NCBI RefSeq assembly: GCF_016432865.1 | Contig: NC_067400.1 | Span: forward strand, 358,670,001 to 358,734,000 | Direction: 5' to 3' | DNA: 64,000 nucleotides | DNA from: Antechinus flavipes | Taxonomy: Eukaryota | In this document: in pieces, positions 1 through 12,879 of the stretch | Numbering within the stretch: position 1 is the first letter of the stretch | How the letters are laid out: every line of letters starts with the position of its first letter | Program-made: the position numbers and the translations under genes | Notes under the pieces: generated by a model | The model's input: the letters and a program-made list of their open reading frames with translations, nothing else | What the model was told of the DNA's origin: nothing | The model's database searches: none

Positions 1-4
1 ACAC

Positions 5-55
<51 letters not shown>
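5..55. repeat. (AAC)n microsatellite
   Basis: About 16 tandem AAC units at the window start. Confidence 0.95.
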
Positions 56-89
56 AACATAGCTTGTCTGAGAGATCAATTGGAATTCC

Positions 90-480
90 TAGAAAAAATG
101 AAGTTTTTTTTAAGGGCTAAAATTATATAAATAAATTAAAATTATTAGAAGGAATTAATAAAGAAATGAAAACAACAAGAGAGATCTAGAAGGAAAATTA
201 ATGATAGCACAAGATTTGTAAAACCCTACTTAAGTAATAGACTCCATGAAAATTAGAATGAACTAAACAGAAGTTAATAACCCCATAAGACCACATAAAA
301 ATTGACCTAGAAATCAGGTTAATAAGAAAAAAGTCCGCATATCATATTACAAAAAAAAACCATAAAAGAAAACTGTCCAAGCATGTTAGGATAAAAGAAC
401 AAAGAAAAGATAAAAAAGTCACCAGTCGCATCTTGAAAGAAATCCCCAAAAGAAAACTCCCAGAAGCATCACAATCAATA
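90..480 (+). mobile_element. Highly decayed L1 ORF1 fragment
   Basis: A-rich sequence with remnants resembling marsupial L1 ORF1 (gacctagaaa, ataaaagaaaactgtcc, gaaagaaatccccaaaagaaaactccca) and similar to the ORF1 at 55770-56759; many disablements. Confidence 0.6.
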
Positions 481-2085
481 AGGAGCAAAGAGATCCTTCC
501 TTAGCATAAAACACTGTCTACTCATTATCTGGAACCAACATTGCTAGATCTCAGTAGGTCCCTTTACTCTTTAGCTCCTCATTTTCTTTATTTTTAAAAT
601 GAACTAGATTAAATTTTATCAGGTCTTTTAACTTAACCTTTTCTGATGATTCAAAACATATTACATTACTAGCTTTACAAATCTTTGCAGTGATGTAAAA
701 CAGGGGTATAGGCTATAAAAGACTCAAAAAATTTTAAAAATAGTCCATGGAAATGAAAGAGACCCCAGAACTCATTCAGTTCAATTGTTTAATTTTTTTA
801 GATGAAGAAACAGAAGTCAAATGAAGTGATTTGCTTAAGGTCATACAGCTAATTAGTGGTCAAATCCTTTAAATTTTCCTAGCTCTCACACTAATATTAT
901 TGCTACTGTCATAGAAGAATGCATTTCATAACACATTTTCATTCAACTAAAGAATGCTAAAGAACCAAAGACTATAAGTGAATTGATAGTTCCAATCATG
1001 CTATAATCAACTCCCATAAAATTTATTTTGTTTTATTAGGATTTTATTTAATAGATATTATATAATTAATAAAGCTGTGAGATAAGGAATAGAATTTTTT
1101 TGGTTATTGTTTTGTAAAGACATTTGTCAAAATGGAATGGAACTGCACTGACATTTAAGAATGATGGAATCTTCATTGTACATTATTGACTCATTTATGC
1201 TATCACTGGTAATAAAATTAGGAGTTATACCTGCAACTATCCAAACACTCTAATTTGTTCTTAATCTGCTTGGAAGTATTTATCTTCCCTGTTAGGTTGG
1301 ACCAAGCATTGCCAAGTAAACTGGAATGTAAAATTCATTATCTTTTTTTCTCCTCCCAATATGGGTAAATCACCAAAGAAAATGTACATTGTCTCTTCTC
1401 CCAGAGATTTATTAGACTATTTGAAGGCTAGAGGTGTTTTAACATTAAAGTTCCTGGATATTCAAAGAAGCCTTTAATGCAGAAGTTAAGGATAATAATT
1501 TTCAACCCAAAGAGAATACATATAAGTTTGTGTGTTATTCTCTTAGGCTATGACTCTGTAGATAAACTAAAACTATATCCAGAAAACCAATACTCTAATT
1601 AAAATATTCATATACATATTGTCTTGATATATAGCAAGCATTGATGATATTTTTGGGAAATGAGGTAAGAAATTTGGTTTTGAACTTTACTTCTTTTAAA
1701 TTCTGACAAGTATGTCTATTATATTTACTTGGGTGAAAGATCACATGGGTATGTCCTTCCAGAATGCAAATCACAAATACCTTTAAAACTTGTAAATTAT
1801 TCTGGGGGAAAAAATGCCCATTAGGTAACCAGTCTTCTGAATGAAATGAAAACCTTTTTACTATTTTATTTCCAGCATCTGCTACAGTGCTTTACATGTA
1901 AGGACATGGAATCCTAAAATCATAGAATTTAGAGACTGTTTAATACAACTCTTTCTTTTTACAGAGAGGAATCTGAAGTACAGAAGGTAAAAGAGCCTGC
2001 CAAAGATCAAACAGGTAGTGGGTGGTAAAGCCAAGAATTCAAATCCAAAGCCCATGATTTTAAATCCAGCATTCTACAGTTCCCT

Positions 2086-2346
2086 GTTGTTGCTATTGTT
2101 CAGTCATTTAACCATGTCTGACTCTTTTTGATCCCATGGATTTTGTCCATGAGATTTCTTTTTGGCAAAGATACTAGAGTGATTTGTCTTTTTCTTCCCC
2201 AGTATGTACCTATTTTATAGATGAGGAACTGAAGAAAACAGGAGTTGAGTAATTTCCTTGGTGTTATATAGGTGGTCTGAAACTGAATTTGAAGTCTTCC
2301 TGACTCCAGACCCAGTATTCTACCTACTGCACTACCTACTTGCCCC
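2086..2346 (-). mobile_element. MAR1-type CORE-SINE with RTE-like tail
   Basis: gttcagtcatttaaccatgtctgactc tail, ggcaaagatactagagtg, attttatagatgaggaactga core, gtcttcctgactccag head in antisense. Confidence 0.8.
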
Positions 2347-2624
2347 TTCTACTCTCTACCATTTCCCTAACAAATACTTGCTGGATTCCATTTAACTAGC
2401 TAAACTGGTCCTCGGAGGACAAATACCTTCTGCCACTAATCCAGTATCTGAACACATTCTAACTTGGTACAATCTGCCCAACCTCGTGCTCTGCTGGAAT
2501 AACTTCAACAATTTAAGGTCGCTTCTATGCTACAATGTGCATTGGAATGGGAAAAATATATAACAGATACTTACCACATACAAATGTTACTGTCTCTTAG
2601 CCATCCTACATTACATTGGGCAAG

Positions 2625-2885
2625 TAGGTGAAATTGTAAATAGAGAGCTGAGCCTGAGGTCAGGAAGATCTGAGTTAAAATGTAGCCTTAGACATTTACT
2701 AGCTTTGTGACTGAGCAAATCACATAACTTCTGTTTTTCTCAATTTCCTCAACTGTAAAATGGGAATTATAATAGCCCTATCTTGCTGGGTAGATGTAAG
2801 AATCATACCAGATAGTATTTGTAAAGTGCTTAGCTCAGTGTCTGGCATCAAAGAAGAGATGCTTTTATAAATGCTTATTTCCTTC
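2625..2885 (+). mobile_element. MIR-family SINE, near full length
   Basis: tRNA-like head (gtcaggaagatctgagtt), core (ctcaatttcctcaactgtaaaatggg), L2-derived tail (gtaaagtgcttagctcagtgtctggc). Confidence 0.8.
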
Positions 2886-3973
2886 CCTATAATAATATTA
2901 CATTGATATTTATAGAATGCTTTAAAGTTTTTAAGGCCTGTTACATATGCCTTCTCACTTGAACTTTACAATCATTCTATCAGACAGGTAAAACAAATAT
3001 TATTATTTCCATTTCATGGCTGAGAAAACCAGAAGATGATGTGATTTTTCTATGGTCATACAGTTAATAAATATCAAAAACTGAAATTGGCTTCAGATCA
3101 TCCTTATCTAAATCCAAGAATCTATTCTCTACATCATGATGCCTTTGTCACAGTTTGGTTGGTCTTAGTATTGGCATTGGTCTACTTTAACCAGAGCCTG
3201 ACATTTCATATACAATAATGGTAGTGATCTCTGGCATTCTCCTATGTTGGTTAACATAAACACTGAACCAGAGATCCCACCTATACCAAAAATGTACTTG
3301 TATAATTTGTCTTAAATGAATTTTTACTAAGGTACAGCATTAAAAAGACATCTGTTCCTTTGCTAAACTTATGCAAATTGGAATCATTTTGGAAATATAT
3401 TTTAGGAAATGTGCTATTCCCTTTGCTTAATGCATACCTTTCAGGATGATTAGCATAAAACACTTAAAGAGATTAAAGGTTTATAAATATACTGAACCTT
3501 GCATTCCTATGTAGTATAAGCCTACTTGAAATGTTTTTTTTCTATTGTCTTAAGTACACCAGTTTGAAGAATAAAAGCAAAGCAATAAATGTCCAAATGT
3601 CCATTTCATGTACTATCTGATTAATTGTCTGATAAAAAATAGAGGGTTAAAGCAAGACTGGTTTGGCAGGAGCTTAAAGTATAATAAATAATTACAACAC
3701 AGCTTACAGAATCCCCAAAGATAATCTCCATATTGTAATCATCATAATTTATGGTAGGTCTTGTGAAGTTCTGTCAACAAGTCTGTCATCACTAATGCAG
3801 GGTCCCTAATTCACCTCTGGGCCATGGAACACCACTGCTGGGACCAGCTGTTCAACTCAACTAGAATATTATTAGATGCAGGAATTTCTACAATTAGGAA
3901 ACAACAAAGTACTCTAACATATGTTTTGGCCCTTAGAAATCATTTTGTCATCATAATGAAAAGGTACATTTAC

Positions 3974-4102
3974 NNNNNNNNNNNNNNNNNNNNNNNNNNN
4001 NNNNNNNNNNNNNNNNNNNNNNNNNNNNNNNNNNNNNNNNNNNNNNNNNNNNNNNNNNNNNNNNNNNNNNNNNNNNNNNNNNNNNNNNNNNNNNNNNNNN
4101 NN
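3974..4102. other. Assembly gap (129 N)
   Basis: Run of N, followed by a TCTA/TCTC-like simple repeat, which suggests an unresolved microsatellite. Confidence 1.
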
Positions 4103-4699
4103 TTTATCTCTATCTTCTATCTCTATCTCTTGTGAAAATGGAATGATAAATAGGAAATTGTCTGTTACACAACAGATGCACATCAAAATCTTTTAGTAAC
4201 CTTTTTTCGAATATTAAATCATTGAAGACATTTTAGCCAATTGTTCATTTATTCAATTGTTTGTTACAGAACTGTATTCTCAATACATTAGAATCTTTTT
4301 GTGATGTTTATCTAAATCACTTGAACTATTCCCAGCTTGATATATTTAATGCAGTCATGTGTAGACATGTAAAAAAAAAAAAAAAAACCTTCGTATTTGT
4401 GTGAAACCTCCAGAAAGTCTTTCAACCTAATAGGATACAACTATCATAAAAATCCCAGTTTTGGAGATGATGTGAAGTAATGGGCCTATTAATTCACTCT
4501 TTGTGGGGTCAATAAGTAGTTTGTCTAGATTTTAGCAAAACAATAAAGACACTAATTTTTTGGAGTGGTGGAAAAAGAACAATATAGACTACATAATAGT
4601 ATAATTAAATACCTTCCAACTTTGAAATTGGATTCATCTGTCCTTGTCAATGACATCTCTTCCAATGATTCTCTCCAGTAAAATGTAATTCTCTCCTGT

Positions 4700-4880
4700 C
4701 CAGTCTCTTACTCCTAGCTTATTACTATTGTGTTTACAGTATTAGTGTACATTAATATTCCTCTTCCTAGATTACAAACTCCTTAAGATTAGACTATGTC
4801 ACTTTTTTTCTTTGTATTTTCTTTATCTAGCATAATTCCTTGTCTATATTTGGCACTTAAATGTGGGTTGAAGTTGTTGA
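4700..4880 (+). mobile_element. L2 LINE 3' end fragment
   Basis: ctagattacaaactccttaag ... tttgtattttctttatctagcataattcc ... ggcacttaaatg matches the L2 3' terminus pattern. Confidence 0.6.
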
Positions 4881-6316
4881 AAACAATTTAAGTTGACTTT
4901 CATTGGGGCAAATAGTATTTCCTCCTCAATATCCAATTCAAACTTCCCTAAATTCACAGCCCTCAAGGGAAGATTTGTTGGAAGCCAAGGCATAAATTGA
5001 GTTATATGCTGGCATTTTACTGTCTTATTCTGACAGGAATAAGATCTATTTCTAGATAGAAAACGTTAACATTTAGCCTGACAAAAAGGCTACTACTAGT
5101 AGTATCTCTTTCTCTCCCTCCCTCCTTGTCTCTCTTTCTGTCTTCATCTCTCTCTTTCTATCTCTTTTTGGAAACCAGTTTGAAATGATGTTTTGCTTGT
5201 GAAAGAGAGAAAAACATTTTAATCTTCCTCTTTTAAAGTTTTAAATTTTTATTTTGTTATAATTTGAGGCATAACAATATAGTGATCAGGTTCTTTTTTC
5301 TTCTTTTTTATTATCAAGTCCTCTGCAGAGGTAAAGCTGATTCAAAAAAAAAAATTTAAAAAAAGATTCAATTTGTTCTAAAGTTCTAAAAGTAAGTAAA
5401 ATAAGCCACTAAAGAAAACACAAAATTTTTGACAAGCATTTCAACTTCACATTTTACTTTGCTAAGCAAAAGCTGATGTCATTTTACATTAGCACAAAGG
5501 AGCTGATAAGATTGAATTACAATTATATGAAAACTTTAGATTTAAAACTTAATCCATGTACCACACTAATATGTAACAAATATTCCCTTGAGCAACATTT
5601 CAGCTAAACACTTATAGGAATCTTGTGTTAACAACACAAATGTATCAAATATAGAATATACTTCTGTTATGTCCCAAACCCCTATTCTCAGGAATCCCCT
5701 TCTTTGTCCATCACAGACTATGGAACTGTATTATATTATATACAATACTTCTAATACTGCTTTATTTGACATTTTAGCCCATTCTGCAATGGCCTCAATC
5801 TACCTTTCTAAGCTTATTCTTCCTAAGTTGAAATTCTGCTCATACTAAGCTTATTACCTAATTGTCCCCAGAATCTGTTATGTTTATCCCCATGCATAAT
5901 ATCTTTGTTTGGAAGTCTTTCTTTGCTTATCCAATTTCTACTCCTCCTTTATGGTACAGCTTTCTTCCATTTCTTCAGAAAAAGTTATTAAAATATAGAA
6001 AAGTGATAGACTTTTTTATGAATTCTAATAGTAATATCTTCTTACTTTGATATTTTGAAAAAAATTCATAATGTTCCTATTGTCAACACTCCTCCTACTA
6101 ACATAGATCATAATCTTTCCACATTTCATGAGTGGCTATAGGTTGAAAAATCCTTATTGTATTAGCCTTCTCATGATAAATTTAGTTCCTCTGCATGTAG
6201 CTTACTAGTCTTGGGACAATAAAGAATCCATCTCTTGACCAGTAGTAAAATCCCTCCCAGACAATCAAGATCCTCCTTTGTTCTTTCCTCATAGATCCTT
6301 GAAAATCTCAGGTCAT

Positions 6317-6898
6317 CAGTGGAATGATTTCAGAAACACCTGGAGAGACATGCATGAACTGATGCTGAGTGAAATGAGCAGGAACAGGAGACCATTATGT
6401 ACTCCAACAACAATACTATATAATGATCAATTCTGATGGGCATAGCCCTCTTTAACAATGTGATGAACCAAATCAGTTCCAATAGAGCAGTAATGAATTG
6501 AACCAGCTACACCCAGAAAAAGAATTCTGGGAGATGACCACATAGTGGGAGAAATCCACTACATAGAATTCCCAATCCCTCTATTTTTGTCCACCTACAT
6601 TTTTGATTTCCTTCACAGGTTAATTGTACACTATTTCAGTCTGATTCTTTTTGTACAGCAAAATAGCTGTATGGACATGTATACATATATTGTATTTAAC
6701 TGATACTTTAACATATTTTACATGTATTGGTTAACCTGCCATCTGGGAGAGGGGGTGGGGAGAAGGAGAGGGAAAAATTGGAACAAAAGGGTTTTGTAAT
6801 TATCAATACTGAAAAATTACCCATGCATATATCTTGTAAATAAAAAGCTATAATAATAATAATAAAAAAAGAACATACCTCTAAAAAAAAAAAAGAAA
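6317..6898 (+). mobile_element. 5'-truncated L1 (ORF2 end, 3'UTR, poly-A) with exact 16-bp TSD
   Basis: gaaaatctcaggtcat at 6301-6316 and 6899-6914; catgaactgatgctgagtgaaatgagcag motif; G-rich tract; AATAAA and A tail; TT/GAAAA endonuclease-type site. Confidence 0.92.
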
Positions 6899-7745
6899 GA
6901 AAATCTCAGGTCATGAACATGACACTAAGAGACATAAAAACAAGTTTTCAGGAGAGAAAAACCAAGGGATCCTTAAGTGTAGCCAAGTATACATTCACAG
7001 AATAATTTGAAAATGGCAAATGATTTTAACCAAACCAATGACATATTCCACATTAGCGGCACAGGTGCAGTAGATTTCCAACAAGTAAAATTATTCCTTA
7101 TGAGTTGGTTGAATGATGAGATAGGAGGGGCAAATGTTTTTCCACCAGTAACAAACAGTTAAGAAAGAATTGTCTTAGGACCAAATAACTTCACTGGTAA
7201 ATTTTTTTAGTCTCACACAGTTTCTCTCCAAATCTCTTTATGTCCCTCCACACATTAGCATTTACTTATACTTTTAACACAATGCTATTTAGATTTTCTC
7301 TTTATTTTCTTTTTCTAGTTAGCACTTCTTGAGGATACATACCATATGTCCTAACAGACAAAACGTTTTATATACTTACTTAATTTTCCTATCTCTAAAC
7401 TTAGGGGACTTGTTGATCTCAAAGGTCTTTCTTGTCCTTCAATAATTCTAAGTATTTCTTTCAGGAAAAAAAAGAAGGTAAATATATAGAAATCTAAGTG
7501 TAAGAAAAGTATACATTTATAATATAATTTGAGAGTGGCAAATGATCTTAACCAATGACATATTTCATGTCAGCCAGCACAGGTGCAGTGGATTTCCAAC
7601 AAATAAAGTTATTCTTTGTAAGGATTTTTAGAGGCAATTGCAATTTCATGGGATTGAGGTATTAGGTTATCAGAGTAAGATAATATACAAGATATATAAC
7701 ATTAGCAGGGATATGATCAAATATAGTAGTAAAGAAGAGCCTTGA

Positions 7746-7747
<2 letters not shown>

Positions 7748-7788
<41 letters not shown>
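7748..7788. repeat. (TG)~20 microsatellite
   Basis: Perfect TG array. Confidence 0.97.
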
Positions 7789-7790
<2 letters not shown>

Positions 7791-7964
7791 TTGGGTAAAC
7801 TCTCTGGTGAAGAAATGGAGGGTACTGATCATAATGACCTTTAGGCAAGAAGTAGATGAACTCTTTTGGTGGGAAGTTGAAGAAAATGAGGAAGGGTGAT
7901 GATAGTCCAGTTTGTGAGAAGTAGAACAGAATGATAACATAATAGTAACCAGCATTGTTTAATT

Positions 7965-8419
7965 AATTTTTTAAAATAACTTTTTATTGACAGAACCCAT
8001 GCCAGGGTGATTTTTTACAACATTATTCCTAGCACTCACTTCTGTTCCGATTTTTCCCCTCTCTCCCTCCACCCCCTCCCCAGATGGCAAGCAATCCTTT
8101 ACATGTTGAATAGGTTACAGTATATCCTAGATACAATATATGTTTGCAGAACCAAACAGTTCTCTTGTTGCACAGGGAGAATTGGATTCAGAAGGTATAA
8201 ATAACCTGGGAAGAAAAACAAAAATGCAAGCAGTTTATATTCATTTCCCAGTGTTCTTTCTTTGGGTGTAGCTGCTTCTGTCCATCCTTGATCAATTGAA
8301 ACTGAGTTAGATCTCTTTATCAAAAAGATCCACTTCCATCAGAATACATCCTCATACAGTATCGTTGTTGAGGTATATAATGATTCCTGGTTCTGCTAAT
8401 TTCACTTAGAATCAGTTCA
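7965..8419 (-). mobile_element. 5'-truncated L1 3'UTR, different subfamily from 6317, with 15-bp TSD (1 mismatch)
   Basis: cagcattgtttaatt (7950-7964) vs cagcatcgtttaatt (8420-8434); the mismatch is CG/TG. Antisense AATAAA, G-rich tract and ctaagtgaaattagcagaaccagg motif. Confidence 0.9.
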
Positions 8420-10206
8420 CAGCATCGTTTAATTTAACAAAAAGATAGATATTTTGAGTGTTAACTATCTTCATTTTACAGGTGTGCAAAATAAAGATCA
8501 AAGAGGGTGACTTAAGCAGTGTCATGTAGCTGTCAAGTATTGTGTCAAGGCCGAATTTGAATGCAAATTTCTCTGAGCCCAAGCTCACCATACCAAATCA
8601 ACATCCTATATTGGTCACTTCTCCACAACAATTAAGGCTAAACTTTACAATTGAAAATTTTCATTTTTGGTTGGTGCTTTTTGCAAAATATTATATTATG
8701 TGAACTTTAAAGACAACATATTCTTATGATAAACTATAGTTTTGGGAGGAAGTTCAGTATAAAGGGTGCTGAATTTGTTGCTAGATGGCCTGTGTTCAGA
8801 TTTGTCTGGTCTTAGATAAATCATTTAACTTCACAGGCCACAGTTTTCTCCTCTGTGAAATAAGGGGTATGGACTTAATAGCTTCTAGGTTCCATTTTTA
8901 AATGTACATTCACTCTTATTCTCAATTCTGTCTCTTTGTCTCTCTCTAGTTCTCTATCTCTGTCTCTCTGTGTGTATATATATAATGAAATGTATTTAAT
9001 GAATTATAATTAACCCATGATTCACAATCATTGGAAATTGAGATTAATAGTTTAATGTTTGATCTAAAGCATTACTCACATTCAGATATTCATCTATAAG
9101 GCAGAAAAGTTGATACATAATATATTTGTCACATGATAACTGTATTGTGAAAATAATCATAAATATCACATGAAAACCATATTTTTCAAAATACTTCCCC
9201 TCCTGCACCAATCTCAATATAAAAATTCATTTTAAACTTAAAAAAAATCTAATGTTTAGTGGAAATGGGTGAGACTATATGTTTTCTTTAGGAAAACAGT
9301 AAATTTAGTTTATTGATTTCACATGTAGATAATCATCTACATGGTAAGGACTGATAGAAAGAGCCTCTATCCAAACATATCTCCCCCCTCCCAGAATTAA
9401 AGTGCATAAAATTCCAACATTTATACAAGGGGGTGAGAGGGGATTGTCTTCAGCATTAAGCGTTGTCTTCTTCAGGAATCTTTTTAAAATTTAAATCTAC
9501 ATGAGATTGATAGCATTAATCCAGTAATACTTAACATCAATGAGTTTCTCAAAAGGTTCATATAGGAGTAAAGAGAATGATAGCAGGCAAGCAGGCTCAG
9601 AAAAAGAATAAAAGAATACCTAAATCAGTGACACCCAAGTAGTGGTGACAAATATACGCTTTGCCTAATTGACAATTTTGCCCAAGGCCAGTCCATTAAT
9701 ATTGGATGAGTTTTACTGAATGTATGGGGGGCATTTGAATAACACACTTTTCATAAAGAAAACTGTATTCATAGGGAATAAGGAGGCAATTTGAGGAAAT
9801 ATAAAAATCAGTAGGCCTGGAATTAGAAACCGGGGCCTTAACCTTAGGTCTGCTATTAATTACTTGCTTTAACTTATGTAAAACATTTAATTTCTCCAGA
9901 CTTCAAATTGATCATGTGTAAAATGGAAAGAGAGTTTGGATTAGATGGAATCTAAGCTAATTCAGTGAGGAAAAAAAAATCTGAATTTGAAGTTGGAGGA
10001 CTTAGATTTCAATGCTAGCTCTGCTCCTTATGACCTGTATAACAATGGATAAGTCAAATGTTAAATATTTTTATTACTGGGACTTAGTTTTCTTATCTGT
10101 AATAATGATAATGAACATAATAAATATTTCCCTAGGTATAATAATCACTACTAGTTTCCTTGTCTATAATAATAATAGCAACATCATTATTTATATAGCT
10201 CTTTAA

Positions 10207-10415
10207 GGGCAGCTACATGGTACATTGGATAGAGTACCTGACCTGAAGTCAGGAAGTATCATCTTCCTGGGTTAAAATTGGGTCTCTTACTAGTTCTATG
10301 ACCCTGGGAAAGACATTTAATCCTGTTTGCTTCAGTTTCCTCATATGTAAAATGATCTGGAGCAGGAAATGGTAAAGCACTCCAGTATTTTTGCTGAGAA
10401 AATACCAAATGTTGA
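10207..10415 (+). mobile_element. MAR1-type CORE-SINE
   Basis: gggcagctacatggtacattggatagag head; cagtttcctcatatgtaaaatga core; aggaaatggtaaagcactccagt tail. Confidence 0.8.
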
Positions 10416-10837
10416 TGCAGGAAGGGAGGTGTTTTGAAAAATATGGTTTTCAATTGATATTATGACTATATGATCAATACATTTAAACAACAAATTTTGA
10501 AAAGCACTTTACAAATATCCCTTTTGATTCTCACAAAAGTTTTGGGATGTGGGTATTCTTTTTCAGATGACAAAACTGAATAAGGTTAAATGACTTGCCC
10601 AGGTTCATTTAGGCACTGAGTTAGGGCTAACACTCTGTGCATGGTATCACTTAACTGCTTCCATAAGGGGGTTGCAAACTTCCTACCTGAATTCCCTTAG
10701 GCAAATTGCTTAGTTTGTTGGACCTCAGTTTTCTCAGTTGAAAAATAAAGTTGAATAGGATGGACATCATAGCCCTCTTCAGTTTTAAATCTAAATGTAC
10801 TTCCCTTGAAATAAGTAGCAATGTCTTGAACCTAGTA

Positions 10838-11095
10838 GTAGCTATATGGAGCAGTAAGTAGAATGTTGGTTTTGTAATGAGGAAGATCTGAGTTCAAATT
10901 AAACCTCAAACATTTGTTAGATATTGATCTTGGGCAAGTCACTTAATCACTGACTCAGTTTCTTCAATTGTAAAATGGGAATAATAATAATATCTCTTGC
11001 CCAGGGTTGTTGGGAGAATCAAATAAGATTATATTTGTCAAGTACTTAGTGCAATCCCTGACAGGCAATAGGTACTTAATAAATGCTTATGTTTG
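10838..11095 (+). mobile_element. MIR-family SINE
   Basis: gatctgagttcaaat B-box-like motif, gggcaagtcacttaa core, ggtacttaataaatgctt tail. Confidence 0.8.
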
Positions 11096-11789
11096 TTTGT
11101 TTCTTTCTTGCTTGCTTACTTGCTTGCTTGCTTTTCATGAAGTTACCCTTCTATTAAAGCTTCAAAATATTGTAAGGGAGCTATGACTGATAAAATCCTC
11201 TTTCTCTGAAGTAGAATTTTAAAATAATTTCAGAAGTGAATGCCCCCTTCCCCCAAAAAGATATAAATAATAATTGGACTCTCCTTAGCATAAACAAAAG
11301 TTCAAAAAACTTGCTTCCTCTTTACAGAACAAAACCCCTGTATGTCACAATTGCCCACAAGACACTCTCCCCACCAATGGTCCTATCCCCCTCCCAAATT
11401 CTCAAGTGTTTTGTCTTAGATGAAAATATTTCTAATTGTGCCTCAGTTCCTGTTCTGAGAAACACAAGCAAGGATCCCAGAGTGGGAAGTGATTCCAAAT
11501 GTCAATCATAACAGCCCAGACTCATAGCATTTTAAAGTTTATAATAAACTTTTGCCATTATACTTTTGAAAGTCAAGTCATATAAGCATTATTCCTCTTA
11601 TCTTACAGAAAATAACACTGTGTCTGTGGCCCTGCTCAAATTATAAAAAAGGGGATGCAAATGGCATTTCAGGTTCAGTAAAAGAAATATAATATTTCCT
11701 ATATACAACAATGATTCATATATATGAAGAAAGTTATGATATCCACCTCTAATACTTTTCATCTCAGTCAAATTATTCTCAGGTCTTTT

Positions 11790-12030
11790 AATTGATCCTT
11801 GCATCTAATCCTCACAGATTGTTAATGAGACAATTGAGATTCCTAATGTCTCTTCTAAATAGTGGTGCCCAGAACTGAATACTGAAATTTAAATATAGTC
11901 TGAATTTCCTTATTTAGACATTGTATTTCTACTAATTCTTGCTAAGATCATATATGCTCCCATTGGTTGCCCCATCTCACTGCTGAATAATATTGTTTCC
12001 TATCTATTGGACCCTCCAGGTCTTTTCCAC
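11790..12030 (-). mobile_element. L3/CR1 LINE fragment
   Basis: ctaaatagtggtgcccagaactgaatac and ccatctcactgctgaataatattg resemble antisense CR1/L3 reverse-transcriptase-region consensus (recalled). Confidence 0.6.
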
Positions 12031-12879
12031 TTGGTTTTCAAAGAACAAGGTTAAAAATAGGAAACAATAGCAAGAAGAGAGAGTAAATTGCCATACTGAC
12101 CTGAGGAACTAAGAATAAAGTCATGAGTCAATGAAAGAAGTCAATATTTATCTCCGGAGAACCTAAGTAAGCTATCTCAGAATAATATCTTTAAGGCAAT
12201 GAGCACCTTAAGTAGTTTTATATTTTTATATTAATATTTTTTCTTCTGCAAAGATACCTTTATAATGTTCTCTAAGGAAGATGGCCATTCCCAACTGTAT
12301 GAAAGGTTGTATATTTACAAAAGAATGCAAACCCTTTTTAGAGTTTATTTTACAAATCTGAAAGCATTAAGAGAATTGAGGACATGAATATGTCATCTCC
12401 TACACAACATTATCCAACGATGCTCAGAGAAACAAATCACAACAAAGAATGAAGCCCCTACTGGAATCAGGTATATTGGATCACTACCTTTCCCAGGGTC
12501 TATACTCAGCATTAGGTAACAATTACATCTCGATCATAAAATATTAATTAGAAATTTCTATTCACTTGATCCCTTGAAAGATTCATTTTTATGGGGACTG
12601 ATAGTTAATTTTTATTAAGTACTAAACCTTTTCAAACTTATTTCAATGAATCCAAATGCTCACTCTAAGTAGTTCTCATTAAAATAAATAGGCAGGAAAC
12701 AATAGGAGTAAGCATTTTAGTCTCTGGGAAAGATTTGAGATCCAAATCTGACAAAATTCTGTTTCTGATATACCAAAGACAATGATGCAGCATATGATAT
12801 TTTTTCTCCTAATATTAAATACTAGGGTTGGGGTAAGAAGGTAGATGTGAGAAGAAAACCTAAAAATACCACAATATGT

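Noticed and set aside
3824-4186. ORFs of 103 and 90 aa
   Set aside because: Their length is inflated by the 129-N gap.
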